From: an uncultured Nitrospiraceae bacterium
Lineage (GTDB): Bacteria; Nitrospirota; Nitrospiria; Nitrospirales; Nitrospiraceae
Assembly: GCA_963706325.1 (NCBI GenBank)
Contig: CAVPLT010000004.1
Coordinates: 576,001 to 640,000 of the forward strand
Direction: 5' to 3'
DNA length: 64,000 bases
The notes under the pieces are model-generated. The model saw only the letters and a program-made list of their open reading frames with translations, was not told where the DNA came from and did not search any database. How positions within the stretch are numbered: the stretch's first letter is position 1; each line of letters begins with the position of its first letter. Shown piece after piece: positions 51,484 through 60,116 of this stretch. Both the position numbers and the translations under genes were made by a program.

Positions 51484-52308
51484 CTACAAGTTACGTTGAC
51501 CCGGAAGCGCACATGTCGGCCCGACGTTGCCGTCTTCCATCAGCTGGGTGATCGTGGGCCGCTCGCCGCAGAGGGGACAATCAGGGTTCCGCTTGATACG
51601 GATTTCTCGGAATTGGGTACGTCGCGCATCGAAGTCCAGCAGGCGATCGGTCAACGGGCGTCCGATGCCCAAGATCAGCTTGAGGGCTTCCGTAGCCTGG
51701 ATCGTCCCGATGATGCCGGCCAATACGCCGATCACGCCTGCCTCCTGACAGGAGGCCACGAGGCCCTCCGGCGGTGGCTTCTTGAAGACGCAACGATAGC
51801 AGGCCGATTGCTTTGGAATGATGGTGGTGACTCGGCCGTCGAATCGAAGGATCCCTCCATGCACCAGCGGCTTGCTGGCAAAGAAGCAGGCATCGTTGAT
51901 GAGGAACTTCGTCGGGAAATTATCCACGCCGTCGAGCACCACATCGTAGTCGCCGACAATCTTGAGGGCATTGCCTGCCGTCAGACGCTCTTCATACATC
52001 ACCACGTTCACGTCAGGATTGAGGGCCTGGATCTTTTCCTTGCCGGACAAGACCTTGGAACGCCCGACATCCGCAGTGTGATGGATGACCTGACGCTGCA
52101 GATTGCTCAGGTCCACGACATCGCTATCGATGAGCCCGATCGTACCAATTCCGGCAGCCGCCAAGTAGAGTGCGGCCGGCGAACCAAGGCCTCCGGCACC
52201 GACCACGAGCACCTTCGCCTGAATGATCTTCTTTTGTCCTTTTCCCCCGACTTCGGGAAGAAGGATGTGGCGGCTGTAGCGATTGATTTGTGTTTCAGTA
52301 AATTCCAT
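51484..52308 (-). CDS. moeB: MoeB/ThiF-family adenylyltransferase (E1-like), copy 2
   Basis: Same motif set as 48837-49640; a diverged paralog. Confidence 0.92.
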   Translation of the reverse strand: MEFTETQINRYSRHILLPEVGGKGQKKIIQAKVLVVGAGGLGSPAALYLAAAGIGTIGLIDSDVVDLSNLQRQVIHHTADVGRSKVLSGKEKIQALNPDVNVVMYEERLTAGNALKIVGDYDVVLDGVDNFPTKFLINDACFFASKPLVHGGILRFDGRVTTIIPKQSACYRCVFKKPPPEGLVASCQEAGVIGVLAGIIGTIQATEALKLILGIGRPLTDRLLDFDARRTQFREIRIKRNPDCPLCGERPTITQLMEDGNVGPTCALPGQRNL

Positions 52309-52315
52309 ATGCGAC

Positions 52316-52434
52316 GGAGGCTGAAAACCGTCACCAGCGGCGTTCTCGCATCGTTCAGGTCCTCAACGTACCGCAAGGGTACGCCTCGGCCCTTCACTCG
52401 CTGCGGCCTTGCTGATTGACGCTTTTGAGCCTCC
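52316..52434. repeat. ~120-bp palindromic dispersed repeat, family 1, copy 1
   Basis: Terminal IR ggaggctgaaaa/ttttgagcctcc with core cctcaacgtacc-gcaag-ggtacgcctc...gcggccttgctg. Confidence 0.88.
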
Positions 52435-52480
52435 TCTCCCTAAGTGGTCTGTCACACCCTCAAATGTTGAAATACTTCCG

Positions 52481-52594
52481 GATGCGGAAAATGGCCTTCA
52501 GCTTCGTTCTCGTCAAGGAATCCTCAACGTACCCAGCGGGTACGCCTCCGGTTTCCTCTCACTGCGGCCTTGCTGAGAGATCATTCTGAGCATC
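52481..52594. repeat. Palindromic repeat family 1, copy 2
   Basis: gatgcggaaaatg...cctcaacgtaccc-agc-gggtacgcctc...gcggccttgctg...gagcatc. Confidence 0.85.
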
Positions 52595-52621
52595 ACCCCC
52601 TCAATCGTTCATTCCAGATGG

Positions 52622-53551
52622 TCAAATGTTGAAATACTTTTCGATACTGATGTAGCGCTCGCCGGTATCGCACAGGATGGTGACAACGTTTTTGCCTGGC
52701 CCCAGTTCTTCGGCGATCTTTTGCGCGGCGAAGACGTTGGCGCCTGCGGAGATGCCGACCAGCAGCCCTTCTTTCTTCGCAAGCATTTTCGCGGTCTGAT
52801 AGGCTTCATCATCGGTCACGGTGATGACGCGATCGAGCAGCGACCGGTTCAACACCTTGGGGATGAAGCCGGCGCCGATGCCTTGAATCTTGTGGGGACC
52901 CGGATCGCCGCCTGACAAGACGGGGGATCCTGCCGGTTCAACCGCGATGATTTTGGACGCCGGATTGCGTTCCCTGATCACCTCGCCGCATCCGGTGATC
53001 GTGCCGCCGGTGCCCACCGCGGCGACGAACGCATCGACTCGTCCATCCAGCGCATCCACAATTTCCGGTCCGGTCGTTTTTCGGTGTATGTCCGGATTCG
53101 CCGGATTAGAAAACTGGTCCGGCATATAGTAGGAGGGATTTTGCGCGACGATGCTCTCCGCTTCCTTGATCGAGCCCTTCATCCCTTCCCAAGCTGCGGT
53201 CAGCACGAGCTGCGCGCCATAAGACGACAGCAGACTGGCTCGTTCCATACTCATGCTTTCCGGCATCACGAGAATGAGCTTGTACCCGCGCACCGCTGCC
53301 ACTAACGCGAGCCCAATGCCGGTATTGCCGCTGGTCGGTTCGACGATCGTTCCGCCCGGCTTCAGTTTTCCCTGCCGCTCCGCTTCATTGATCATGTTTA
53401 AGCAGATCCGGTCCTTGATGCTGCCGCCCGGATTGAACGATTCAACCTTGCCGTAAATCGTGGCGGCGCCTGGTTTGGTCAGCCGGTTGAGTCGGACTAA
53501 GGGAGTGCGGCCGATCAATTCCGTGATGTCTGCGTGAGCCTTGAGGGTCAC
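52622..53551 (-). CDS. cysK: Cysteine synthase A
   Basis: NPGGSIKDR, EPTSGNTGIGLA, GTGGT, PHKIQGIG and DTGERY. Confidence 0.96.
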   Translation of the reverse strand: MTLKAHADITELIGRTPLVRLNRLTKPGAATIYGKVESFNPGGSIKDRICLNMINEAERQGKLKPGGTIVEPTSGNTGIGLALVAAVRGYKLILVMPESMSMERASLLSSYGAQLVLTAAWEGMKGSIKEAESIVAQNPSYYMPDQFSNPANPDIHRKTTGPEIVDALDGRVDAFVAAVGTGGTITGCGEVIRERNPASKIIAVEPAGSPVLSGGDPGPHKIQGIGAGFIPKVLNRSLLDRVITVTDDEAYQTAKMLAKKEGLLVGISAGANVFAAQKIAEELGPGKNVVTILCDTGERYISIEKYFNI

Positions 53552-53748
53552 CGGCCACCGCCCATGTAAAAAAGAAACTCCACGTGATCGCCGTCTTTCA
53601 GCTGCGTCGTGTCGAGATGCGTCCGTTCAAGCATGGTGTCATTGACCTCAACCGCAACCATTTGAGGTTCGATACTCTTGGCCTTCAAGAGATCCAGTAC
53701 GCTTCCGCCCGCGATGTCCTCAGACTTGCCATTGATCATGACCTGCAT
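53548..53748 (-). CDS. thiS: ThiS-family sulfur carrier with capped C-terminus (...MGGGR)
   Basis: MQVMING...VAVEVN...LKDGDHVE...GG plus an extension. RBS AGGAG. Confidence 0.88.
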   Translation of the reverse strand: MQVMINGKSEDIAGGSVLDLLKAKSIEPQMVAVEVNDTMLERTHLDTTQLKDGDHVEFLFYMGGGR

Positions 53749-53773
53749 ATCTGCTCCTGAGAAGGTAAGAGTC

Positions 53774-53902
53774 TGACAGGATACTGAAAATGTCCGCCAG
53801 CGGCGTTCTCGCATCTCTCAGATCCTCAACGTACCGCAAGGGTACGCCTCGTCCCTTCGTTCGCTACGGCCTTGCTGGACGGCCATTTTGAGCATCCTGT
53901 CA
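53774..53902. repeat. Palindromic repeat family 1, copy 3 (in the leader of the sulfur operon)
   Basis: tgacaggatactgaaaatg...cattttgagcatcctgtca with the same core. Confidence 0.88.
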
Positions 53903-53989
53903 AAAGGGATTCTTGTTGCGCAGTAAGCGCAGACCCCTCGACGGTTTTTGATTCGACGCGTTTGCCTGAAACTGCTAAAGAATTTCAAC

Positions 53990-54019
53990 ACGTTAGCAAA
54001 CGGGTTCTTGATTTGTCAA
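53990..54019 (-). promoter_or_regulatory. Putative sigma-70 promoter of the thiS-cysK operon
   Basis: The minus strand reads TTGACA-18 nt-TAACGT with a TGn extension. Confidence 0.5.
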
Positions 54020-54141
54020 GGCAACCGGCCCCGGTGAGTCGATGCGAATGGCGCTTCAACAGAGGCGGGCGTGAGGGGCTGCCGCTTTCTTGACTTTCAC
54101 CATGCCTAGCTTACAGTATGCGCCGGTCCGGAGGGTAGGGA

Positions 54142-54519
54142 ATGTGGAAGAAAAATTTCTTGTTTCGCGCGCACGAGGCGGCGCCCCTGAAGGAGTCGGA
54201 AAACGAACTCTTTCATGACACGGAACCGGCATTAGACAGTGCCGGGCTTCAAATGGAAAAGTTTCTCTCGGTCTGGGTGCAGGGTGAAGGGGAAGATGAC
54301 AGCCCCACGATGTACACGAATTTGTATGTCCGCACGGCCACCTTGGATTTCCGCACGCGTGCCGGCTTTCTCCAGCCGTTGCAAGGCCGCACACACCAGA
54401 TTAAACAGCTTTTGACGCCTGAGCAGAAGGGATTTTTGCGTGAGTGGTTGTCGAAAACCTCCCCTCAAGCGTGGGAAGAGTCCGACGATCATTTTCGAAC
54501 TTTGTTCGACCTCGAGTGA
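54142..54519 (+). CDS. Hypothetical protein
   Basis: 125-aa ORF with RBS GAGGG and upstream TTGACT-16 nt-TACAGT. Confidence 0.75.
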   Translation: MWKKNFLFRAHEAAPLKESENELFHDTEPALDSAGLQMEKFLSVWVQGEGEDDSPTMYTNLYVRTATLDFRTRAGFLQPLQGRTHQIKQLLTPEQKGFLREWLSKTSPQAWEESDDHFRTLFDLE

Positions 54520-54527
54520 TCCGTTCG

Positions 54528-54652
54528 GCAGGATGTTGAAAAAGTCCGCCAGCTTTGTTCTCACGTCGCTCAGACCCTCAACGTACCCAGAGGGTACGCC
54601 TCGGCTCCTCGCTCGCTGCGGCCTCGCTGGACGGCCATTTTGAACATCCTGC
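54528..54652. repeat. Palindromic repeat family 1, copy 4
   Basis: gcaggatgttgaaaa...ttttgaacatcctgc with the same core. Confidence 0.88.
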
Positions 54653-54708
54653 TATGCATCTGGTCTTAGCCGTGGCGCTCATCAGTTTCCCATTTCGAAC
54701 CTCTCGAA

Positions 54709-55284
54709 ATGATAATTCAACAGCCAACTAGTCCCTGCATGAGTCGTCCGCCCTCCCTTCAACGGTTCGTCTGGATCATCGTGGGGCTGATGTGCTTGGT
54801 ACAGACTCCGGTCTGTGCATCTGGCACGATTGATGTGTACTATGCCCCCGAGGACCAGCCCATCGATCATGTCGTCCGCCTCTATACCCATGCGACCCGG
54901 TACATCTATGTGTCGGTCTATGCCCTGACGGCGCCATCAGTGGTCAAGGCGCTGGTGGAGGGCAAACGCCGTGGGCTCGACATCCGCGTCATCACGGATC
55001 GGGAACGGCTGAACGATCCGAAGCAGCATAGCGCCGTGAGCGCCTTGCGACTCGCCGGCATCCCGATCAAGGTCAACCGGCATGACGGGCTGATGCACTT
55101 GAAGCAAGTGGTCATCGACGATGTGATCAATGTATCCGGCTCGGCGAATCACACCACGAGCGGCAATCGCTATAATGACGAACGGCTCGATGTCATCACC
55201 GATGCGCGCTTGACGGCGAAAGCGCGTGAGAAGTTCTTGGCCATGTGGAGTGACCGGACGCGATTTGAGTTCTGGACGGAATAG
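54709..55284 (+). CDS. Exported single-HKD phospholipase D-family nuclease (Nuc-like)
   Basis: MHLKQVVID......SGSAN (HxK(x)4D(x)6GSxN) and an N-terminal hydrophobic segment. Confidence 0.88.
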   Translation: MIIQQPTSPCMSRPPSLQRFVWIIVGLMCLVQTPVCASGTIDVYYAPEDQPIDHVVRLYTHATRYIYVSVYALTAPSVVKALVEGKRRGLDIRVITDRERLNDPKQHSAVSALRLAGIPIKVNRHDGLMHLKQVVIDDVINVSGSANHTTSGNRYNDERLDVITDARLTAKAREKFLAMWSDRTRFEFWTE

Positions 55285-55296
55285 ATCGAGGCGCGC

Positions 55297-56568
55297 ATGG
55301 GCAGTACAATGATTGAAACCGATGTGGCGATTGTCGGCGCGGGCGGCGGCGGCGCGGTCCTGGCCTTGATGCTGGCCCAGCAAGGCGTGCGGTCACTGGT
55401 ATTGGAGCGGGCGGCGGGACCGCCGCAGGGATTGCGCGGAGAGCTGTTGCAGCCGAATGGCCAGCGGGTGTTGGATCGGCTTGGGCTCCTGAATACACTT
55501 CCTGCTGAGGCGACCCGAACGATCCGGCGGTTTAATTTTTGCCGCGCGGGCGGCGAACGGCTCTGCACGGTCGACTATGGCGATTTGCCGGCCCCGTACA
55601 ATCGCGCCGTGGTGACGCTTCCGAACGTGGCGCACCATGCGATTCTCGATGCGTTGGAAAAACACAATCCCGGTGCACTCTGGTACGACGCGACCTTTAC
55701 CGGACTCAGATTCGACGCGTCGCGAGTGATCGGTCTGCAGGCGGAGCGCCACGGAGAACCGGTGAACGTCTCCGCACGATTGGTCGTCGGGGCAGACGGG
55801 GCTTTCTCCAAAGTGCGGGACTGTCTCGGCCTCACCACGCAGCTGCATCGCTATTCGGAAGGGTACCTCATTGCCATCATCGACGCGCCTCACGTCACAC
55901 TGGACGAAGCTCGTTATCTGGTAGGCAGGCATCAGATCTTGGGATTGTTCCCCGCCGCCGGAGGCAAGATCTATGTGTTCTACATGATTGAGGCCGGATC
56001 GTACGAAGCGATCAAGGCACGCGGACTCGACGCATTGCGCCAGACTTGGGTTCGTATCGATCCCGGGATGGAGGCCATCGTGCCTGGTCTGGTGGATTGG
56101 AGTCAGACTGGTTACATGCCGACGGGACGCGTCAAAACAGATCGATGGGTCGCGGATGGAGCCCTGCTGATCGGCGATGCGGCCCACGCGATGAATCCGC
56201 ATGCCTCGCAAGGACGCATGCAGGCCATGGTGGACGCGGTGGTGGTGGCCGATCTCATCCCTGGCTGGCTGAAGACGAATGATTTCTCGGCTGATGCGCT
56301 TCGCACGTTCGAAATGGCCCGACGCCCGCAGGTCACCATGTTGCAACGATTGGCAGATGAGCAGGTACGGTTCTGGAATACTGGGAACCCCCTGCTGGCC
56401 TATTTACGAGATCGGGTGTTTCGTACACTCGATCACAATGCGCGGCTGCGTTATCGCGTGCTTTCCACGACAGCAGGCCTGCGAAGCAAGCCGCCCTTTT
56501 CTTTGTTGGATCGGGTCATGGCTGCAGGATTGTTGCCTGACCCCCGCGCACATCTAACAGATTGCTAA
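55297..56568 (+). CDS. FAD-dependent monooxygenase (UbiH/PheA-like)
   Basis: IVGAGGGG, GADG and LIGDAAHAMNP. Confidence 0.92.
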   Translation: MGSTMIETDVAIVGAGGGGAVLALMLAQQGVRSLVLERAAGPPQGLRGELLQPNGQRVLDRLGLLNTLPAEATRTIRRFNFCRAGGERLCTVDYGDLPAPYNRAVVTLPNVAHHAILDALEKHNPGALWYDATFTGLRFDASRVIGLQAERHGEPVNVSARLVVGADGAFSKVRDCLGLTTQLHRYSEGYLIAIIDAPHVTLDEARYLVGRHQILGLFPAAGGKIYVFYMIEAGSYEAIKARGLDALRQTWVRIDPGMEAIVPGLVDWSQTGYMPTGRVKTDRWVADGALLIGDAAHAMNPHASQGRMQAMVDAVVVADLIPGWLKTNDFSADALRTFEMARRPQVTMLQRLADEQVRFWNTGNPLLAYLRDRVFRTLDHNARLRYRVLSTTAGLRSKPPFSLLDRVMAAGLLPDPRAHLTDC

Positions 56569-56724
56569 AAACGCCCGCCGGCGGAGTCTCGCCTCGTTCA
56601 GGCCCTCAACGTGCCCTGTGGGAAAAGAGCCTGGCGCGGCAGGCGGGAGCGGTGGGTCAAGAGCGTGACGCCTCGGCTCTTCACTTGAGTGCGGCCTTGC
56701 TGTACGCTCATTGTGAGCATCCTG
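56558..56724. repeat. Palindromic repeat family 1, copy 5 (expanded central arm; overlaps the monooxygenase stop)
   Basis: cagattgctaaaaa...cctcaacgt[insert]acgcctcgg...gcggccttgctg...gagcatcctg. Confidence 0.8.
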
Positions 56725-56857
56725 AGGGATGTTTTCTATGGTGCTGGGTGTGTACGCTATTGGATATATATGCGCGCAGAAAGCGTCCGTAGCCGGCTGC
56801 GATCGGCAGAAGGAGAGCGAACAGGATGAATTCCATACGACGAAGACTGAGGTACTT

Positions 56858-57616
56858 GTGACACAACCTGCCGCGCTGGATGTTCCATCGGAGGTTCAGC
56901 AGCTCCTGCAACGGTACGTAAAAGAAACCACCGCATTGCTCGGCTCACAGTTGGAGGGTATCGTGTTGTATGGAAGCGCCGTGCGCGGCGAGTTCCTGCC
57001 GGGCCGCTCCAACATCAACCTCCTTCTCATGGTTTCAGGGTATGACCGCGAAGGCTTGAAGCGTTATGCCAAGACGCACAAACGATGGAGCCGCGAACAG
57101 TTCGTCGTGCCCCTCGTGCTGACCGAACCTGAGCTCACCAGACCCGGCCTGGTCTTTCCACTCGAATACCTCGAAATACAAGAACAGCATCGCGTCCTCT
57201 GGGGGCGAGATCCCTTCATCGGCCTGCACATCGACCGAACGCATTTGGCCTACCAAGTCCGGCAGGGGCTTCACGGAAACCTGGTGCGACTGCGGCAGCG
57301 ATTCATCGAGGGCGGTGGCACGGAAGAAGCGATCGCCATGTTATTGCCGCTCTCACTCACCGCCCTCTTGCCCTGCCTGAGAGGTCTGCAACGATTGGCC
57401 GGACAGCCGCCGTTGTTTCAGTCGGACGCCCTTCTCGCGGGAATTCAAACCATGACCGGGATCGATCTCGCCGGGCTGACCGATGTGCTCCATTTGAAGC
57501 GCGGCATCATTACTCCAGGTCCGGTGGAAGTGCCGCGGTTGTTTGATCGGTATGCCGCGAACCTCGACGCGCTGATCGCACTCGTTGGGCCGGACGGCAG
57601 AGTGGCCCCACGATGA
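56858..57616 (+). CDS. Nucleotidyltransferase-fold protein of the kind associated with TPM/LemA genes
   Basis: LYGSAVRGEF...SNINLL and FPLEYLEI. GTG start with RBS GAGG. Confidence 0.8.
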   Translation: MTQPAALDVPSEVQQLLQRYVKETTALLGSQLEGIVLYGSAVRGEFLPGRSNINLLLMVSGYDREGLKRYAKTHKRWSREQFVVPLVLTEPELTRPGLVFPLEYLEIQEQHRVLWGRDPFIGLHIDRTHLAYQVRQGLHGNLVRLRQRFIEGGGTEEAIAMLLPLSLTALLPCLRGLQRLAGQPPLFQSDALLAGIQTMTGIDLAGLTDVLHLKRGIITPGPVEVPRLFDRYAANLDALIALVGPDGRVAPR

Positions 57617-58350
57617 AGATGCGAGCAGCCGTTAAAATGTCTGTCGCTGCGATACTGTGGTGCGCGCTCTTGTTGGCGGCGCCTCCGGCTGGTCACGCGC
57701 GGGAGCCTGTACCGGCCTATGACCCACAGGGGTATGTCAGCGACCATGCCGGGGTGATCGATGCGGAATGGCGCGAACGGATACGGTCGGTGTGTCAGGA
57801 TCTTGAGCGGAAGACAGGCGTGGAGATGGTAGTGGTGACCGTGCCCTCGTTGAAGCCCTACGGCTCGGCCAATGACTATGCATTGGGTCTCTACCAGAAG
57901 TGGGGCATCGGGTCGGCCCAGGATGAACATGGAGTGCTTGTCTTACTGTCCGTACAAGAGCGCCAGGCGGCCGTGACGATGGGACGGCGCATGCTGCCGG
58001 TGATGGGTGGGAAGGTCGTGGGGCAAGTCGGTCACGACTATCTCGATCCGGCTATTAAAAATGGTCATTTCGGCGAAGGGCTCTATCGTACCGTGGTTGG
58101 ATTGGCCTCGGTGTCACAAGAGATTCGCGTCGGCTCTATCAAGAAGACGCATTTTCGCGGACTCGGCTTTTGGATCACGCTTTTCACCGTCAGCGGAGCG
58201 CTCTGGTTTCTCTGGTGGCTCAGTCGCCCCGATCTACGGCATCCCTATGCGCGCCTGCGGCGCGGAGAATATTGGGGCAGCGGGCAAGGGGGGTTCGGCG
58301 GGAACTTCGGCGGCATGGGCGGAGGGACGAATGGGGAGGGGTGGAAGTAG
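57613..58350 (+). CDS. TPM-domain membrane protein
   Basis: GYVSDHAGVI, EMVVVTVPSL, WGIG...GVLVL, a TM helix and a Gly-rich tail. Confidence 0.9.
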   Translation: MKMRAAVKMSVAAILWCALLLAAPPAGHAREPVPAYDPQGYVSDHAGVIDAEWRERIRSVCQDLERKTGVEMVVVTVPSLKPYGSANDYALGLYQKWGIGSAQDEHGVLVLLSVQERQAAVTMGRRMLPVMGGKVVGQVGHDYLDPAIKNGHFGEGLYRTVVGLASVSQEIRVGSIKKTHFRGLGFWITLFTVSGALWFLWWLSRPDLRHPYARLRRGEYWGSGQGGFGGNFGGMGGGTNGEGWK

Positions 58351-58352
58351 GG

Positions 58353-58454
58353 AAGGGGCGCAGTCAGGCGGTCCTTCTTGCTCGCAGAACGCGCAGGATG
58401 AAACTGTGCCCTCGTTCGATGCGCGCAGGGAAGGACCGCCCGACCACGCCCCTT
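58353..58454. repeat. Long imperfect palindrome, repeat family 2
   Basis: aaggggcg..gtcaggcggtccttc ... gaaggaccgcccgac..cgcccctt with an inner gcgca arm. Confidence 0.7.
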
Positions 58455-58643
58455 ATGGGATAGGGGAATGTCGCCGGACGCGCGCAGTAGGAGACAAGCG
58501 GGCCACCCTTATGAGTGGAGCATAAAAAGAGATCGAAGAAATCATACGGATTGGGTGCTGGTATAGCACCGTGATGATTTCCTCGGGATCGCAAAGTGCT
58601 GGGCAAATCAGCTGCATCTAAAGGTACCTAATTAGGCTTTCAT

Positions 58644-59226
58644 ATGTCAGATACGCCAGCGTTCTCCGAATTTGCCGATGATGAGCATCGCGCGCAAGCT
58701 GAGGAATGGTTTCTCGAGCTTGGCCGCTTCACCGATGGGTTTGAACGCGTGTGCGAAGGCATGCGTCACACAATAGTCTGCATGTTTCAGTCAGAAGGGC
58801 TGCAGCATCCAGGTCTAGCAAAAGTTGTCATTGGCGAAAAATCGTCAGCCGAGTTACAAGTTCTTGTTGGTGCTCTCTTTGCCGAACTTCTAGGCCGAAC
58901 TGATGAGGCCGATCTCGAGGCAATTCGCGCATTGCTGAAGGAAGTGAAAATGCTAACCCAGGCAAGGAATGTTGTTATTCACAGCGCGTGGAGGTTCGGA
59001 CCAAACGCCGCTTCATCAGAGCTTTATGCAACGGCGATTCGCCCAAGAACCAAGCAGAACACTGGAGCTATGCCAGAGATCCAAGGCACTTCAGCGCCGT
59101 ATTTGCGACACCTCATGCGGCAATCGTCTAATTTAGAAAACTAAACTCATTCGGTTGCGAGGCTGTATTGCTCGGCAAGGCCTAAAAATCTCCACCGAGC
59201 TTTCAGAAAGTGATGGCGCCGGATGA
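58644..59226 (+). CDS. HEPN-like protein (RNxxxH motif), probable +1 frameshift near 59138
   Basis: Helical protein with ARNVVIHSAW. Removing one A from gaaaactaaa gives 194 codons ending in an ATGA overlap with the next ORF. Confidence 0.55.
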
Positions 59227-59480
59227 GCAATTGCAAGACGGATCCGAACTGGCATTTCGACACTGGCTCATTCAAGCGTGAGATTGCAGTGATACAGCGC
59301 ATTTTATGGCAATCAGAGGATTTGGGAAGATCATTCCCGCAAATCCTCACAAGCTTGGATCGAGTAATATGCACCGTATACGGATACCAGCCTAATGATC
59401 TCCCAACGGCTAGAATTGCATCTCGAAATGGTAACGGTGTTCTACCGGCGTATACCGCATATATTGGCAACTCGCATTAG
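59223..59480 (+). CDS. Small hypothetical protein
   Basis: 85-aa ORF starting at the ATGA overlap. No motif. Confidence 0.35.
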   Translation: MSNCKTDPNWHFDTGSFKREIAVIQRILWQSEDLGRSFPQILTSLDRVICTVYGYQPNDLPTARIASRNGNGVLPAYTAYIGNSH

Positions 59481-59865
59481 CCCTGCAACTGCGCCATCAT
59501 CGCGGCTGGGTCCCAGTAGCCCCACATCGTTTGGATTTTTCCTTCCTGGCTGATCTCGAACACATCGATGCCTTCGAAGATCGACCTTCCTGTCCGTTCT
59601 TGCCGGTGCCACGGCCGGTGAACTTCACCGCGACCCGGTTACCAGACGAGAAGACATGATCCTCCCTCAGATCGATTGCTTGGAAGGCTGTGAGAACCCC
59701 CGCGAGAAATTGGCGTAGGGCAGCATGGCCTTGCAAAGGCGCGGGCGCTCCCGGTTCGTAGCCGGTTGCCTGCTCCGTGAAGCAAGCCACCCATGCGTCC
59801 GGGTCCATGCGTCGGATTGTGGCGAAATACTGGCCCACCACTGCCGGGATTATCTGTGCTGCCAT
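59477..59865 (-). CDS. SnoaL/NTF2-like (ketosteroid isomerase-like) protein, frameshifted near 59585
   Basis: DAWVACF...GHAALRQF...GNRVAVKFTG, continuing in another frame as FEGIDVFEISQEGKIQTMWGYWDPAAMMAQLQG*. RBS AGGAGG. Confidence 0.8.
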
Positions 59866-60116
59866 GCGTGATCCTCCTATCCGTTCAATCCATGCGCTAT
59901 TGTCGGAACGCATGTCGGGAACTTAGACCGTCATATGGATTACGAGGACAAATCCTATTTTAGATTTGTTCCTCATTTAGTGATATGTCTTCGCTCTTGG
60001 TTGGCGCTTAAAATAGGATTGAGGCTTAAAAATAACAATACGATGACAGCGAGATGTGCCCGGCTTGTCATATGTCACGCACCTTGATGGGCTGCCATTC
60101 GAGATATGAGCGCTAT

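Noticed and set aside
52316..54652. CRISPR array
   Set aside because: The repeats are about 120 bp, diverged and separated by whole genes. There are no regular spacers and no cas genes.
56858..59226. MNT-HEPN toxin-antitoxin pair
   Set aside because: The nucleotidyltransferase lacks the catalytic Asp residues, is coupled to the TPM gene and is separated from the HEPN-like ORF.
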